Positions 9,835 to 18,836 of a stretch of DNA of 64,000 nucleotides are shown here, piece after piece. The number at the start of each line of letters is the position of its first letter. Position 1 is the stretch's first letter. The notes beneath the pieces are model-generated. The model saw nothing but the letters and a program-made list of their open reading frames with translations. It was not told where the DNA came from and ran no database searches. Source of the DNA: a bacterium. Its GTDB lineage: Bacteria; Patescibacteriota; Microgenomatia; Levybacterales; UBA12049. The translations under genes and the position numbers were made by a program. The stretch spans positions 88,431-152,430 of the forward strand of contig JAJYDJ010000001.1 in assembly GCA_021777565.1 (NCBI GenBank), read 5' to 3'.

Positions 9835-9847
9835 GCAGGGGCTAGTG
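9835..9847 (+). repeat. attL-like site: core plus attP-type right arm
   Basis: GCAGGGGCTAGTG identical to 13885-13897; similarity continues (GACTTTGTTAGAAC vs AACTACGTTGGAAA). Confidence 0.8.
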
Positions 9848-9899
9848 GACTTTGTTAGAACTCATTTTATGAGTGGAATAGCATTTTACTCAGGACTCA

Positions 9900-10346
9900 C
9901 TAGCTGAGTCCGACTGCATGGGCCAGAGGGACTTCGTGTCGTGCAAATAGAGCATTTAGGTATTCTTTTAAAGCCAGTATATAAGTCTTTGTAGATTCAG
10001 TAAGATGATGGGTGAGTGATTCATCAAGTGATAAAAATGCAATGGCTTGACCTTCCTCAGCTCCTAACTTAAAGAAATCCTGCTCGTCTTCTGTGATATA
10101 ACTCCAATATACATAAGTTTCTGACTGTTCATTCTTTTTTGCACCAATGTACTGTAGATTCTCTGGCGCATAGTTCACTTCTTCTTGTAGCTCCCGGCGG
10201 ATTGCCTGATCTGGAGATTCACCTTCTTCAATATAACCCCCAGGTAACTGCCATTGATTTGGATCGGCAATAGAAGGGATATTGTCTCTATGAAAGAATA
10301 GAACCTTATTTTGGAATATTATAATGGCTGTGACTACCTTTTTCAT
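9900..10346 (-). CDS. NUDIX hydrolase
   Basis: WQLPGGYIEEGESPDQAIRRELQEEV Nudix box. Confidence 0.92.
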   Translation of the reverse strand: MKKVVTAIIIFQNKVLFFHRDNIPSIADPNQWQLPGGYIEEGESPDQAIRRELQEEVNYAPENLQYIGAKKNEQSETYVYWSYITEDEQDFFKLGAEEGQAIAFLSLDESLTHHLTESTKTYILALKEYLNALFARHEVPLAHAVGLS

Positions 10347-10361
10347 AGGGCATGACATATA

Positions 10362-11360
10362 ATGCACGTGACTATGTGCAATAATCTACGATCTAAAGTT
10401 GAGTTTCTCGCAAGTCTCACACGCTGTCAAGAGTGGAAAGATACAAAGCTCAATTGGTATGTTTTTGCAGCGATCATGTATTTTCTCTCAAGAGGGGTAA
10501 GCCCACTACAACAAAATATAGCCTTTACATATCTAATCGTTCTTTTTTTTATTTATGCTTCCGCAGGAGCAATATCTAATGATTATGGTGATCTAGAACA
10601 GGATAGACTTTTGAAGAAGAAGAAAGCAATTTTGAGCTTAAAAGAGTCCAAAGTAGTTTTGCTCTTACTGATATTATCTGTTGTTTTTGAGATCGTAGTA
10701 CTAAATCTCACTCAAGCATTTGACTTCCGTTTTATACTAATTACCGTTGGCTACGGGATATGCCTTGAATACTCTTTGCCACCGTTGAGGTTTAAAGAGA
10801 GAGGTGTCTGGGGACTTTTGTTTGGTTCTATGGTGCAAAGAGCAATCCCGGTAGCGATACTCTTTACTATCTTCTCATTTTGGACTTTGTCAGGTGTTTT
10901 GTATGTGATATTCCTTATCATGGTTGGATTTCGGGCAATGATAGTCCACCAAATGAAGGATTATGAGAATGACATAAAATCTAGGACAAAAACAATGGCA
11001 ACCAACTCTGGAGTAGAGAGAATGGTAAAGTTGGAAAATGCCTCTTGGATTGTAGAATTATTAACTTTTTTTGTTTTTCTTATTTCTCTTACTCTTCAGA
11101 TGGAGAAATTATTCTTGTTATTCGGGTTTGTTACCTATTTACTAACATGGGGAGGTATTAAGCTGTGGAAGTATTCAATAATTCAGAAACTTAATAAGTT
11201 TAGCATGTCAAATGCTTTTCTAGCAGATTGGTATTACTGGTGGCTCCCAGCGATAGCAGCAGTTGCATTAGGTACGTATACTGGCAATTGGCTAGTACTA
11301 TTTTTTGTTGCTATTATGCAGCGTTTTCACTTTTTTAACCTGATTAAGAAATTTGTATGA
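10362..11360 (+). CDS. UbiA-family prenyltransferase
   Basis: NDYGDLEQD, YSLPPLRFKERG, HQMKDYEND..TKT; multiple TM helices. Confidence 0.88.
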   Translation: MHVTMCNNLRSKVEFLASLTRCQEWKDTKLNWYVFAAIMYFLSRGVSPLQQNIAFTYLIVLFFIYASAGAISNDYGDLEQDRLLKKKKAILSLKESKVVLLLLILSVVFEIVVLNLTQAFDFRFILITVGYGICLEYSLPPLRFKERGVWGLLFGSMVQRAIPVAILFTIFSFWTLSGVLYVIFLIMVGFRAMIVHQMKDYENDIKSRTKTMATNSGVERMVKLENASWIVELLTFFVFLISLTLQMEKLFLLFGFVTYLLTWGGIKLWKYSIIQKLNKFSMSNAFLADWYYWWLPAIAAVALGTYTGNWLVLFFVAIMQRFHFFNLIKKFV

Positions 11361-12472
11361 AGATTCTCTATCATGCCATTAATAGTATTGGGGTTGGTCA
11401 TCTAAGTAGGCTTATTGGCGTGGCTGGTGGTATTCGTGAGATTAATCCTGGAGTATCGCAGCTGTTTTTAACTGAAGTCAAAGAGACAAAGTTTCTTAAA
11501 CTGCATAATTTCCCTTACTTCCCGTTGCCTTCCTTTCATGCGGTTCAAAAAGACCAAGAATGGTTAGGGATATTGAAGAGTAAAGAAATGTGGGTGAACA
11601 ATGTTAGCTCTCTCATTCATGCATATAATCCAGATATCATGATCTATGACACGGCAACATGGGCAGAAGTTTCTAATGCAGTGCGCACATGTCAGGTGAA
11701 GCCAAAGGAAGTCTTTATCCTTAGGGCCAGAAGGGATATGAAAAGATATTTTGAAGAGAATCAAGAAATTTTTTCACATTTAGACTTGCTTGTTTTCCCT
11801 CATTCAGAAGATGAATTAAACCCCGCGGAGATACCGCCTTACTTGCGTAAAAAGTACTTTGTGTCTGGAAGCATACTGCGGAGAGATGTCTCAGAAATAA
11901 ATAAAGAGGTGATTGAAGAGAAATATGCAGTAGAGGATGACTCTCAATTTATTATAACTGTGACAAACGGAGGAGGTAATTCATTACAGGAAGATAAAGA
12001 GCATTTCCTTCAGGATGTGCTACAGGCGATTTTTAATTGTGACGACAAGCTTCCTCCAAATTACAAAGTAATTGTTGTCGCTGGACCGCTTCTATTGAAT
12101 ATTACACTTCCTTCAATTCACTTACCACATGGTGAACTCATTATTCGTGAATATGAACCCTTAATGATCGATCTAATGGCGTTATCTAACTTAGTGATTT
12201 GTCGTGGAGGTTACAATACGATTAATGAAGTAATATCAATAAATACGCCAACTATAGCTATCCCTGCAGAGAGACTTTCAGATGACCAATTTAGTAGGGT
12301 AGAAAAAGTTGCTTCAAAGTCTGATAGTATTTTGCCAATAAGAATAGAAATGTTAGAAGATGCCTTGATAAATATTATACCAAAAGCTGTTTCATGGAAG
12401 TTCTGTGTTCCTGAAGTAGATGTGAGAAAGAAAAATAAGCTGAAGCTAGCTGAAAGGATCTTGAGTCTATGA
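11357..12472 (+). CDS. GT-B glycosyltransferase (GT28 C-terminal/GT1-like)
   Basis: GVGHLSR, NGGG, CRGGYNTINE, DDQFSR; ATGA-type overlap with ubiA. Confidence 0.85.
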   Translation: MKILYHAINSIGVGHLSRLIGVAGGIREINPGVSQLFLTEVKETKFLKLHNFPYFPLPSFHAVQKDQEWLGILKSKEMWVNNVSSLIHAYNPDIMIYDTATWAEVSNAVRTCQVKPKEVFILRARRDMKRYFEENQEIFSHLDLLVFPHSEDELNPAEIPPYLRKKYFVSGSILRRDVSEINKEVIEEKYAVEDDSQFIITVTNGGGNSLQEDKEHFLQDVLQAIFNCDDKLPPNYKVIVVAGPLLLNITLPSIHLPHGELIIREYEPLMIDLMALSNLVICRGGYNTINEVISINTPTIAIPAERLSDDQFSRVEKVASKSDSILPIRIEMLEDALINIIPKAVSWKFCVPEVDVRKKNKLKLAERILSL

Positions 12473-13155
12473 CAGAGCAAGAGCCAGTAGCAATTATTAC
12501 ATGTGGTGGTTTTGCGACACGTATGGGTGGAGAGCCTAAGTATCTTTTGCCTGTAACAGAGTCGGATAGAGTCATTGACCTAGCATTGGACCCAATCACG
12601 CGTCAACCAGAATTAGTAACTAGGCATGTTATTCTCGCTAGTGGGGCTCATAGAGAAGCCGTAGAGGATTATGCAGAAGTGTTGCGAGGCAGACACCCAA
12701 GTATAACTTTTGATATTAGTCATAGTAACCCTGAAGGTCAGTTTCACGCAATTGCACATGCTGCTGAAAAGTATGGAGTAGAAGGCAATGTAATTATCAT
12801 GAATGCAGACGAGATCGTGCCAGGGCTTGATTTAGTGTCAGCGCTGAGGGTGCATACAGACGCTCACCATAGTATTACACGCGTTGTCACAAGGGCAAGC
12901 AATGAAGGGACATCGTCTCTTAATGTTGATGAAGAAGATCGAGCTACGTTTTCTCAAACAAACTTTAGTGTATATGCAACTGGAGTCATTATTATTAGTC
13001 CATATGCAATGCAAATCGCAAAACAGTGTAGGAGTTCCCAGGAGTTTTGGGATATAATGACTACTACGCACCAAATACATGTTATTATCTGTGAAGCATC
13101 CTTGAATGTTAATACACCTGACGATTTAGAGGAAGCACGAAGGCGATTTAGTTGA
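12469..13155 (+). CDS. Sugar-phosphate nucleotidyltransferase (NTP_transferase family)
   Basis: CGGFATRMGGEPKYLLPV, NADE, NVNTPDDL. Confidence 0.82.
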   Translation: MTEQEPVAIITCGGFATRMGGEPKYLLPVTESDRVIDLALDPITRQPELVTRHVILASGAHREAVEDYAEVLRGRHPSITFDISHSNPEGQFHAIAHAAEKYGVEGNVIIMNADEIVPGLDLVSALRVHTDAHHSITRVVTRASNEGTSSLNVDEEDRATFSQTNFSVYATGVIIISPYAMQIAKQCRSSQEFWDIMTTTHQIHVIICEASLNVNTPDDLEEARRRFS

Positions 13156-13156
13156 T

Positions 13157-13855
13157 ATGAGCGATCTTATAATACCAAAACATCTGGGACTTATTGTTGA
13201 CGGTAATAGACGTTGGGCTAAAGCTCGTAATTTAAGTCCTCTCTATGGTCATGAAGTGGGAATTAGGGATGTGCTCCCTGGTATTATCAATCAGGCACAC
13301 AGGGTTGGAGTAGAGGAGGTTTCAGCTTGGATATTTTCAACAGAGAACTGGGACAGAAGTGATGAAGAGGTAGATCACCTGATGCAGCTTTTTATAAAAT
13401 TCACAGAGAGACTTTTGGATAGAGCAAAAGAGGATAGTATAGAAGTAAAACATGTGGGAAGAAAAGATCGAATTCCATCTCTATTAGTAGAGAGCTTAAT
13501 CAGGCTTGAAAAAGCCACGTTGGGACTTCCTAAAAGGCTCAATCTTTGTATTGATTTTGGTGGCAGGGATGAAATAGCGACAGCTGTTAGAGGCATAGTG
13601 AAAAATTGTGTCTCAGAAGAGAATATAGATGAAGGATTGATAGGTGATTATGTAAATAAATACAACGGTTTTAGGTTTAGTCCGGACCTTATTATTCGCA
13701 CAGGTGGGGCACAGCGTACTAGTGGCTTTATGGTTTGGGAAGCAGCGTATGCAGAGCTTGCTTTTGAAGAAAGTTATTTTCCTGACTTTACGCAGGATCT
13801 TCTAATGAAATGGCTTTCCGAGTACTCTTCGCGTGAAAGAAGATTTGGCAAATAG
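13157..13855 (+). CDS. uppS: cis-prenyltransferase / polyprenyl-diphosphate synthase (island copy)
   Basis: DGNRRWA, FSTENWDR, PDLIIRTGGAQRTSGF, RERRFGK. Confidence 0.93.
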   Translation: MSDLIIPKHLGLIVDGNRRWAKARNLSPLYGHEVGIRDVLPGIINQAHRVGVEEVSAWIFSTENWDRSDEEVDHLMQLFIKFTERLLDRAKEDSIEVKHVGRKDRIPSLLVESLIRLEKATLGLPKRLNLCIDFGGRDEIATAVRGIVKNCVSEENIDEGLIGDYVNKYNGFRFSPDLIIRTGGAQRTSGFMVWEAAYAELAFEESYFPDFTQDLLMKWLSEYSSRERRFGK

Positions 13856-13884
13856 ACTATTATCCTGTCTCGACGAGATCATCA

Positions 13885-13897
13885 GCAGGGGCTAGTG
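13885..13897 (+). repeat. Internal hybrid att junction between the two island units
   Basis: GCAGGGGCTAGTG identical to 9835-9847, in the gap between convergent genes. Confidence 0.8.
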
Positions 13898-13947
13898 AAC
13901 TACGTTGGAAACTTTTATACACAATATCTCACACTAAATAGTGGACA

Positions 13948-14694
13948 CTAAGGAGTGCTGGTGTTTAGTTCGTTGAATAGTTTGTCCATTTCTGTAACCA
14001 TTTCATTATTTCCTATCTCTTGTGCGTACTTCGATGCTATGCGGATATAGGAAACTATAGCAATGACCAAACCTATTCTTAGTGAGTGCTCAAAATTATC
14101 TTTCCATCGTTTTTTGCTAGAGAATATCTGTGCATCTTCTGATGAGAGGTGGTTCTTCCTGTTTCCTTGTATATATCCTTGAATCAAATCTGCCATCTGT
14201 GTTGTACTAACAATTTTTTCTTTTACCAACTCATCAATCATTCCTTCAACTCCAGTCATAGACCAAGAATTAGCTAGTCGGTCGCTTCTTGTAAAATCTT
14301 TTTTTACGTTCTCAAAGTCATCGATAATTTCTTTCTCAAGGCTGCTATCCATTGCTATACCCAGTTTTTTGAGATATTCAAAGTTGATCCACCTCTCAAC
14401 GTAATAAAATTTGAGAAACTTCATCGCCATATGATCTTTATCCTTGATAACCATGAATTCAATGGAAATCATATCCTCAAATATCCTTCTTGATAAATCG
14501 AGTATTGCATCGCATGAAAGCAAATCATCTTGAAGAAGAGCAATTGAGTGTAGAATAGGATAATTTCTCCTTGCAATTACCATGAGTGTTGCAATGAAGG
14601 GTGGTGTTTTCTCATCAATATCCTCGACTTCCCCAAATTCGTCGGATAAAGAAAGTAATTTGGACAATACTTTTTTTATTTCGTCTGTTCTCAT
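13948..14694 (-). CDS. Helical hypothetical protein, DUF5677/HEPN-like
   Basis: LSRRIFE motif, SWS, and late N-x3-H motif; AT-rich defence-island context. Confidence 0.55.
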   Translation of the reverse strand: MRTDEIKKVLSKLLSLSDEFGEVEDIDEKTPPFIATLMVIARRNYPILHSIALLQDDLLSCDAILDLSRRIFEDMISIEFMVIKDKDHMAMKFLKFYYVERWINFEYLKKLGIAMDSSLEKEIIDDFENVKKDFTRSDRLANSWSMTGVEGMIDELVKEKIVSTTQMADLIQGYIQGNRKNHLSSEDAQIFSSKKRWKDNFEHSLRIGLVIAIVSYIRIASKYAQEIGNNEMVTEMDKLFNELNTSTP

Positions 14695-14757
14695 GAGAAT
14701 AAAATAGCACTTTAATTAAACTCTGTATAGAAAGATGCCCTACGTAGTGTATCTCTA

Positions 14758-15468
14758 TTACCCTATGTTGTCAGGCATCTCATCTTCATATTGCTTTGCA
14801 AGTTCAACATTGTCAATCCAATTAACGGTGAGGTGAATTAGGTCTTTAAGATTATCTAGGTCTTTATCATCCCACTTCCTTACATAGTGCGTCTCATCAT
14901 TTCCTAACCAAGCTGCTCGTCTTGCACATTTCTGAACTTGAGGATCAGCAATGGTGCCAATAACTGTACCAAGAAGGGTACTTTTTATTATTCCAATCTT
15001 TTTTTCTTTTTCAGCTCCATCTATATCAGGGATGAGATAGATCATATAGTCCTTTATGAGAAACTCTAGCGCCTTTCGATATCCTGGACCACATATAAAA
15101 TCGAGATTATTTCCCTCCGCAATTTGCGCTTGATGATATATTTCTTCAAAATCGCTCGAAATTCTATTGATTATTTTACTGAACTTCTCGCGATCTACGA
15201 TTGATAAGATCTCACGGGCATCTAATTCCCATATGTCACCATCGTATACATGATGCCTCGAATAAAATCCAAAGAAATTAAATCCGCACTCATTTCTTGG
15301 ACATTGAAAAACGAGTTGCAACATATTGCTAGTAGCTCTTATAGGAAGACATGCTTTAAAGATTGGTTCAATGCCTTTCTCACACGTAGGACACATATCT
15401 GGAAAACGCTCTATATGTCCTGTTACATGAGATCCATCACTGTCGGTATATTGAACTTTCCTATCCAT
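14758..15468 (-). CDS. DUF4145 (HEPN-like) protein with N-terminal Zn-ribbon
   Basis: CPTC..CPRNEC; GYRKALEFLIKDY; WLGNDETHYVRKW. Confidence 0.8.
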   Translation of the reverse strand: MDRKVQYTDSDGSHVTGHIERFPDMCPTCEKGIEPIFKACLPIRATSNMLQLVFQCPRNECGFNFFGFYSRHHVYDGDIWELDAREILSIVDREKFSKIINRISSDFEEIYHQAQIAEGNNLDFICGPGYRKALEFLIKDYMIYLIPDIDGAEKEKKIGIIKSTLLGTVIGTIADPQVQKCARRAAWLGNDETHYVRKWDDKDLDNLKDLIHLTVNWIDNVELAKQYEDEMPDNIG

Positions 15469-15564
15469 ATTTCGGCTTCATTGTAGCATAATTCTTCACA
15501 GAACAGTCCAAGTGTGTAAATAAAATATAGTCTTTCATAAATCGTAGTGCTACAATCACCTCAA

Positions 15565-16449
15565 ATGGCAACCACGATAACCCAATCATTCTTAGAATTC
15601 AAAAATAACTTAGAGATAACTGGACTACAAGCAACTACAGTCTCTACAAGGCAAAAAAATGTACAAGATGCGATGCAAGCAAATATGAAAGTAGTAAAGA
15701 CGTTCCTGACGGGATCATATAAACGTCAAACAATGATTGCCCCATTAAATGAGGCAGATATTGATGTATTTGTGGTGCTAGATAATGAGTATTACTATCA
15801 CTACAATAATGGACAGAATGGTGGGCAGGCTGGGTTATTGGATTTAGTTAAAAGGACTTTGCTTCGTACATATACAAGAACTCCAGATATTGCGAGGGAT
15901 GGACAAGCAGTCACTATTCATTTCAGTGATTTTCTGGTTGATGTTGTACCAGGATTTAACAGACATGGAGGTGGATATTTCATTCCTAACTCCATTAAAC
16001 AAGAATGGCTTCGTACAGACCCAACGAAACACATCGAGTTGATCTCTTCTTCAAATATCGCACATGAAAACAAGTTAGTTCCTCTTATAAAGATGATTAA
16101 AGCATGGAATAGGAATACTGGCAGTTTTTTTCGTTCCTTTCATTTGGAAGCATTGGTATTAGAAATTATGCAATTTGTTACTATCACAGACTATCCATCA
16201 GGAGCACGGTACTTCTTTGATAAAGGCAGAACCCTCATTGCTAAGAAAAATCTTGATCCAGCAGGCTATGGTGATGACATTGGTTCATATATAAATAATG
16301 CTGATAAAATCAAAACAGCTGTCACCAAATTTGAAATGGCCTACAATAGGGCTCTAAAAGCTGAGGATTACGCAAGGAGAGGTTATATTTCTGATGCGAT
16401 TGGTCAGTGGAGACTTATCTTTGGAGGTTATTTCCCAACTTATGGCTAA
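15565..16449 (+). CDS. CBASS cyclic oligonucleotide synthase (CD-NTase/SMODS)
   Basis: LTGSYKRQT..ADIDVFVVL, VDVVPGF, YFIP, TDP..H, LIKMIKAWN, SFHLE, DPAG. Confidence 0.88.
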   Translation: MATTITQSFLEFKNNLEITGLQATTVSTRQKNVQDAMQANMKVVKTFLTGSYKRQTMIAPLNEADIDVFVVLDNEYYYHYNNGQNGGQAGLLDLVKRTLLRTYTRTPDIARDGQAVTIHFSDFLVDVVPGFNRHGGGYFIPNSIKQEWLRTDPTKHIELISSSNIAHENKLVPLIKMIKAWNRNTGSFFRSFHLEALVLEIMQFVTITDYPSGARYFFDKGRTLIAKKNLDPAGYGDDIGSYINNADKIKTAVTKFEMAYNRALKAEDYARRGYISDAIGQWRLIFGGYFPTYG

Positions 16450-16993
16450 GAATAAAAAAACAACCGCCACCGAAGTTATCGTTTCAAAGACAAAAGCTGA
16501 AATTATTAAAGAGGCTTTAAGGATTGAAGAGTCAACACGATATGCAGCAAAGAGTCACTATAATGATGGTGCCATGTGGGGATTTTGCCATTTATTGTTG
16601 GGTGTCCCTACAACGGTTCTATCAGCTCTTGTAGCCGTCAAATCTTTTGCACAATTTGATAGTAATCACAATACAGCTGGGATTATTGCATTAGTTGTTG
16701 CAGGGTTAAGTGGACTAATGACTTTTCTTAATCCTAATCAAAAAGCAGCTGTTCACCATAAAGCTGGAAGTGATTATGACTCTTTGAACAATAAAGTTAG
16801 AATCTTTAGAACAATTGATTGCTGGGGCAAAGATGCAGATATTGTTTTAACTGCGAGGTTGAAGGAATTCTCAGAAGAAAAAAGTAAACTACACGCAGAT
16901 AACCCTCAAACATCCTTCATTGGTTATACATTTGCAAAATGGGGCATCAAAAAAGGAGAAGCTGAATTTGTTGTTGATGCTAAAGAGGAATAA
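16442..16993 (+). CDS. SLATT-type 2-TM CBASS effector
   Basis: Overlaps the CD-NTase stop; KSH..W..H..LGVP, two TM helices, TFLNP...H..AG..Y. Confidence 0.82.
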   Translation: MAKNKKTTATEVIVSKTKAEIIKEALRIEESTRYAAKSHYNDGAMWGFCHLLLGVPTTVLSALVAVKSFAQFDSNHNTAGIIALVVAGLSGLMTFLNPNQKAAVHHKAGSDYDSLNNKVRIFRTIDCWGKDADIVLTARLKEFSEEKSKLHADNPQTSFIGYTFAKWGIKKGEAEFVVDAKEE

Positions 16994-17160
16994 AATCTCA
17001 CACTTGAGTATAATGGGTATATGCAATCATTAGTTCAAAATGGTATTTGGAACGAAAGGACTTGGAGGAATTCTCTTTGAGACCACAAATGAGCTTTGGC
17101 AGGCATTGAATAACTTTTTGGGAACGTACTTTTATAAAGCTCAGTGGTAGACTAAAACTA

Positions 17161-17589
17161 GTGAATATACATTTGTCACCACAAATCAAAAGTTGGGAAG
17201 AAGTATCAGTTTGCACAGATTTCGTGGCTAAAACACCTAACTATGTGCCAAAACTGCTTCATGCCCTAGAATATTCTTGTACGATCCAAGAGGCATGTCT
17301 GTATGCAGGGGTGCCTCGAAGAACCTTGTATAACCATCTCAAAACAAATCCTGAACTTGTAGAATTAGTCCAAAAAGCAAAGCGCTATCCAATCATACGA
17401 GCAAAATGGCGTATGATGGATATTATTGACCATGGAAATGATCGAGATGCAGGGATGATGATTCGCTGGTTCTTAGAAAGACAACAGCCTGAAGTCTATG
17501 GTAAAAAGGGGAGGATGACAGCATCATACCTAGATGCTTCCGTATCAATTTCAGAAATTCATGAGAATCAATTACCCCTTTTCTCCTGA
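17161..17589 (+). CDS. HTH protein resembling a phage terminase small subunit
   Basis: TIQEACLYAGVPRRTLYNHLK..PE HTH; WFLER..PEVYG. Confidence 0.6.
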   Translation: MNIHLSPQIKSWEEVSVCTDFVAKTPNYVPKLLHALEYSCTIQEACLYAGVPRRTLYNHLKTNPELVELVQKAKRYPIIRAKWRMMDIIDHGNDRDAGMMIRWFLERQQPEVYGKKGRMTASYLDASVSISEIHENQLPLFS

Positions 17590-17616
17590 TTCAAGAACAC
17601 TTGTAAACTCTATGGA

Positions 17617-18213
17617 TTACTTCTTGGGCGTGGGTGACACAATACCATCATAGACATATCCTGTCGTATTATCCGTCAAATAGGTCTCTACAATGTCTGT
17701 TTCTTGTACTGTGACACCAAACGCGTTTGGTCCAGATTTAATGCCAAGAACCGTGCCCCAGATTGTTATCGAGTCGCCTTTGTTTATTTGCTTGAGTGAC
17801 ATATCTGGATCTAATTCTATATATGCAACAATTCCATTATCACTAACATTCATCCCAGTGGTATTTCCTTTTGAATCTTGAATAAACTCAGAGACTTTTG
17901 CCGTAAACGCAACTGGTTTTGTTTTGTAAAAATTGGGTTGTTTAGCTAAGTCTGCAAGTGTGACATTCTCCATACGTGCCTTGTCTTCATTTGCTTTTGT
18001 TACCCAGTCTGTCGTAGGCTCTGGTGTGGTACTTATTGCCACTGAAGGGGTATCTGTGACTTGTGTGTCTACTTGCTCGGCTTGTGATATATCGCTTGGC
18101 GTAGTAGAGGAATGGATTATACCTACAATCACTCCAGCAACGACAATAACAACACAGATAATCCCAACAAGAGAAAGTCCATCAAAGATAATCTTTGGTT
18201 TTTGATTTGCCAT
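17617..18213 (-). CDS. Single-TM anchored protein with T/P-rich linker and OB-fold-like C-terminal domain
   Basis: AAAGGAGGTGAA SD before ATG 18213; N-terminal TM; L..P..Y....V.F...V..GD.ITIWG pattern. Confidence 0.7.
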   Translation of the reverse strand: MANQKPKIIFDGLSLVGIICVVIVVAGVIVGIIHSSTTPSDISQAEQVDTQVTDTPSVAISTTPEPTTDWVTKANEDKARMENVTLADLAKQPNFYKTKPVAFTAKVSEFIQDSKGNTTGMNVSDNGIVAYIELDPDMSLKQINKGDSITIWGTVLGIKSGPNAFGVTVQETDIVETYLTDNTTGYVYDGIVSPTPKK

Positions 18214-18243
18214 ATGTTCACCTCCTTTCATATGCGCTGTATT

Positions 18244-18412
18244 GGCTGCAAATAAGTTATTGAGGGAACACAAAAAGCTCCCCCCAGCGATGGATTGCTC
18301 CACCTGCCGTAGTTTCCCACGACAACCTCAACAGCGCTCTGGAGAGAGCTTACTGCTGTTGAGGTTTTGCAACCATGCCTGTCAGAGTGACAAGTTTAGG
18401 TCGATAACTTGT
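18244..18412 (-). ncRNA. Candidate structured cis-regulatory leader RNA with alternative pairings
   Basis: Several complementary blocks and two GNRA-capped hairpins between a TGGTACAAT promoter and the SD of 17617-18213. Confidence 0.5.
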
Positions 18413-18478
18413 ACATGAATTGTACCATAAAGTGGAGTATACAGAAATGGACTTAGCCATAAATTTGAGTATTTTGAT

Positions 18479-18500
18479 CAGACGGCACTTGTGCCGTCTG
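18479..18500. repeat. Perfect inverted repeat CAGACGGCAC-TT-GTGCCGTCTG
   Basis: 10-bp arms with 2-nt spacer in a divergent intergenic region. Confidence 0.8.
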
Positions 18501-18632
18501 CACGATTAGCCACGAAAAAAAAATCATGCAACTGCCCTATAGTAAGCATCTTTGAAGCTAAGGGTAAAAAAAGTTAGTAAAGAAACTAATCCTCATATAT
18601 CTTTGTACTAGATCCAATAAATTCTTATTGGT

Positions 18633-18836
18633 GTGAAGATGTATATGAAATCTAAATTTGTTTCTCACGGTAACACTGCTTGGCTTAATCCTTATCATGC
18701 TCTTCGCGTTAAAGAAGTATTTGAAAAAAAATATAAAAAGAGGTTATCAGATGAAGAAGTTACTGAAATAGCAAAAAATCTTGTAGGCATGATGGAGATT
18801 ATTTTTAGGATAAATGTTTATGAAAAATGCATATAA
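18633..18836 (+). CDS. Small hypothetical element protein
   Basis: KEVFEKKYKKRLSDEEVTEIA..L motif; overlaps next gene; start uncertain. Confidence 0.6.
   Translation: MKMYMKSKFVSHGNTAWLNPYHALRVKEVFEKKYKKRLSDEEVTEIAKNLVGMMEIIFRINVYEKCI

Noticed and set aside
17040-17150. Possible 36-aa ORF (MVFGTKGLGG...) downstream of a TATAAT
   Set aside because: Too short, no recognisable motif, and a competing ATG at 17021 gives only 19 aa
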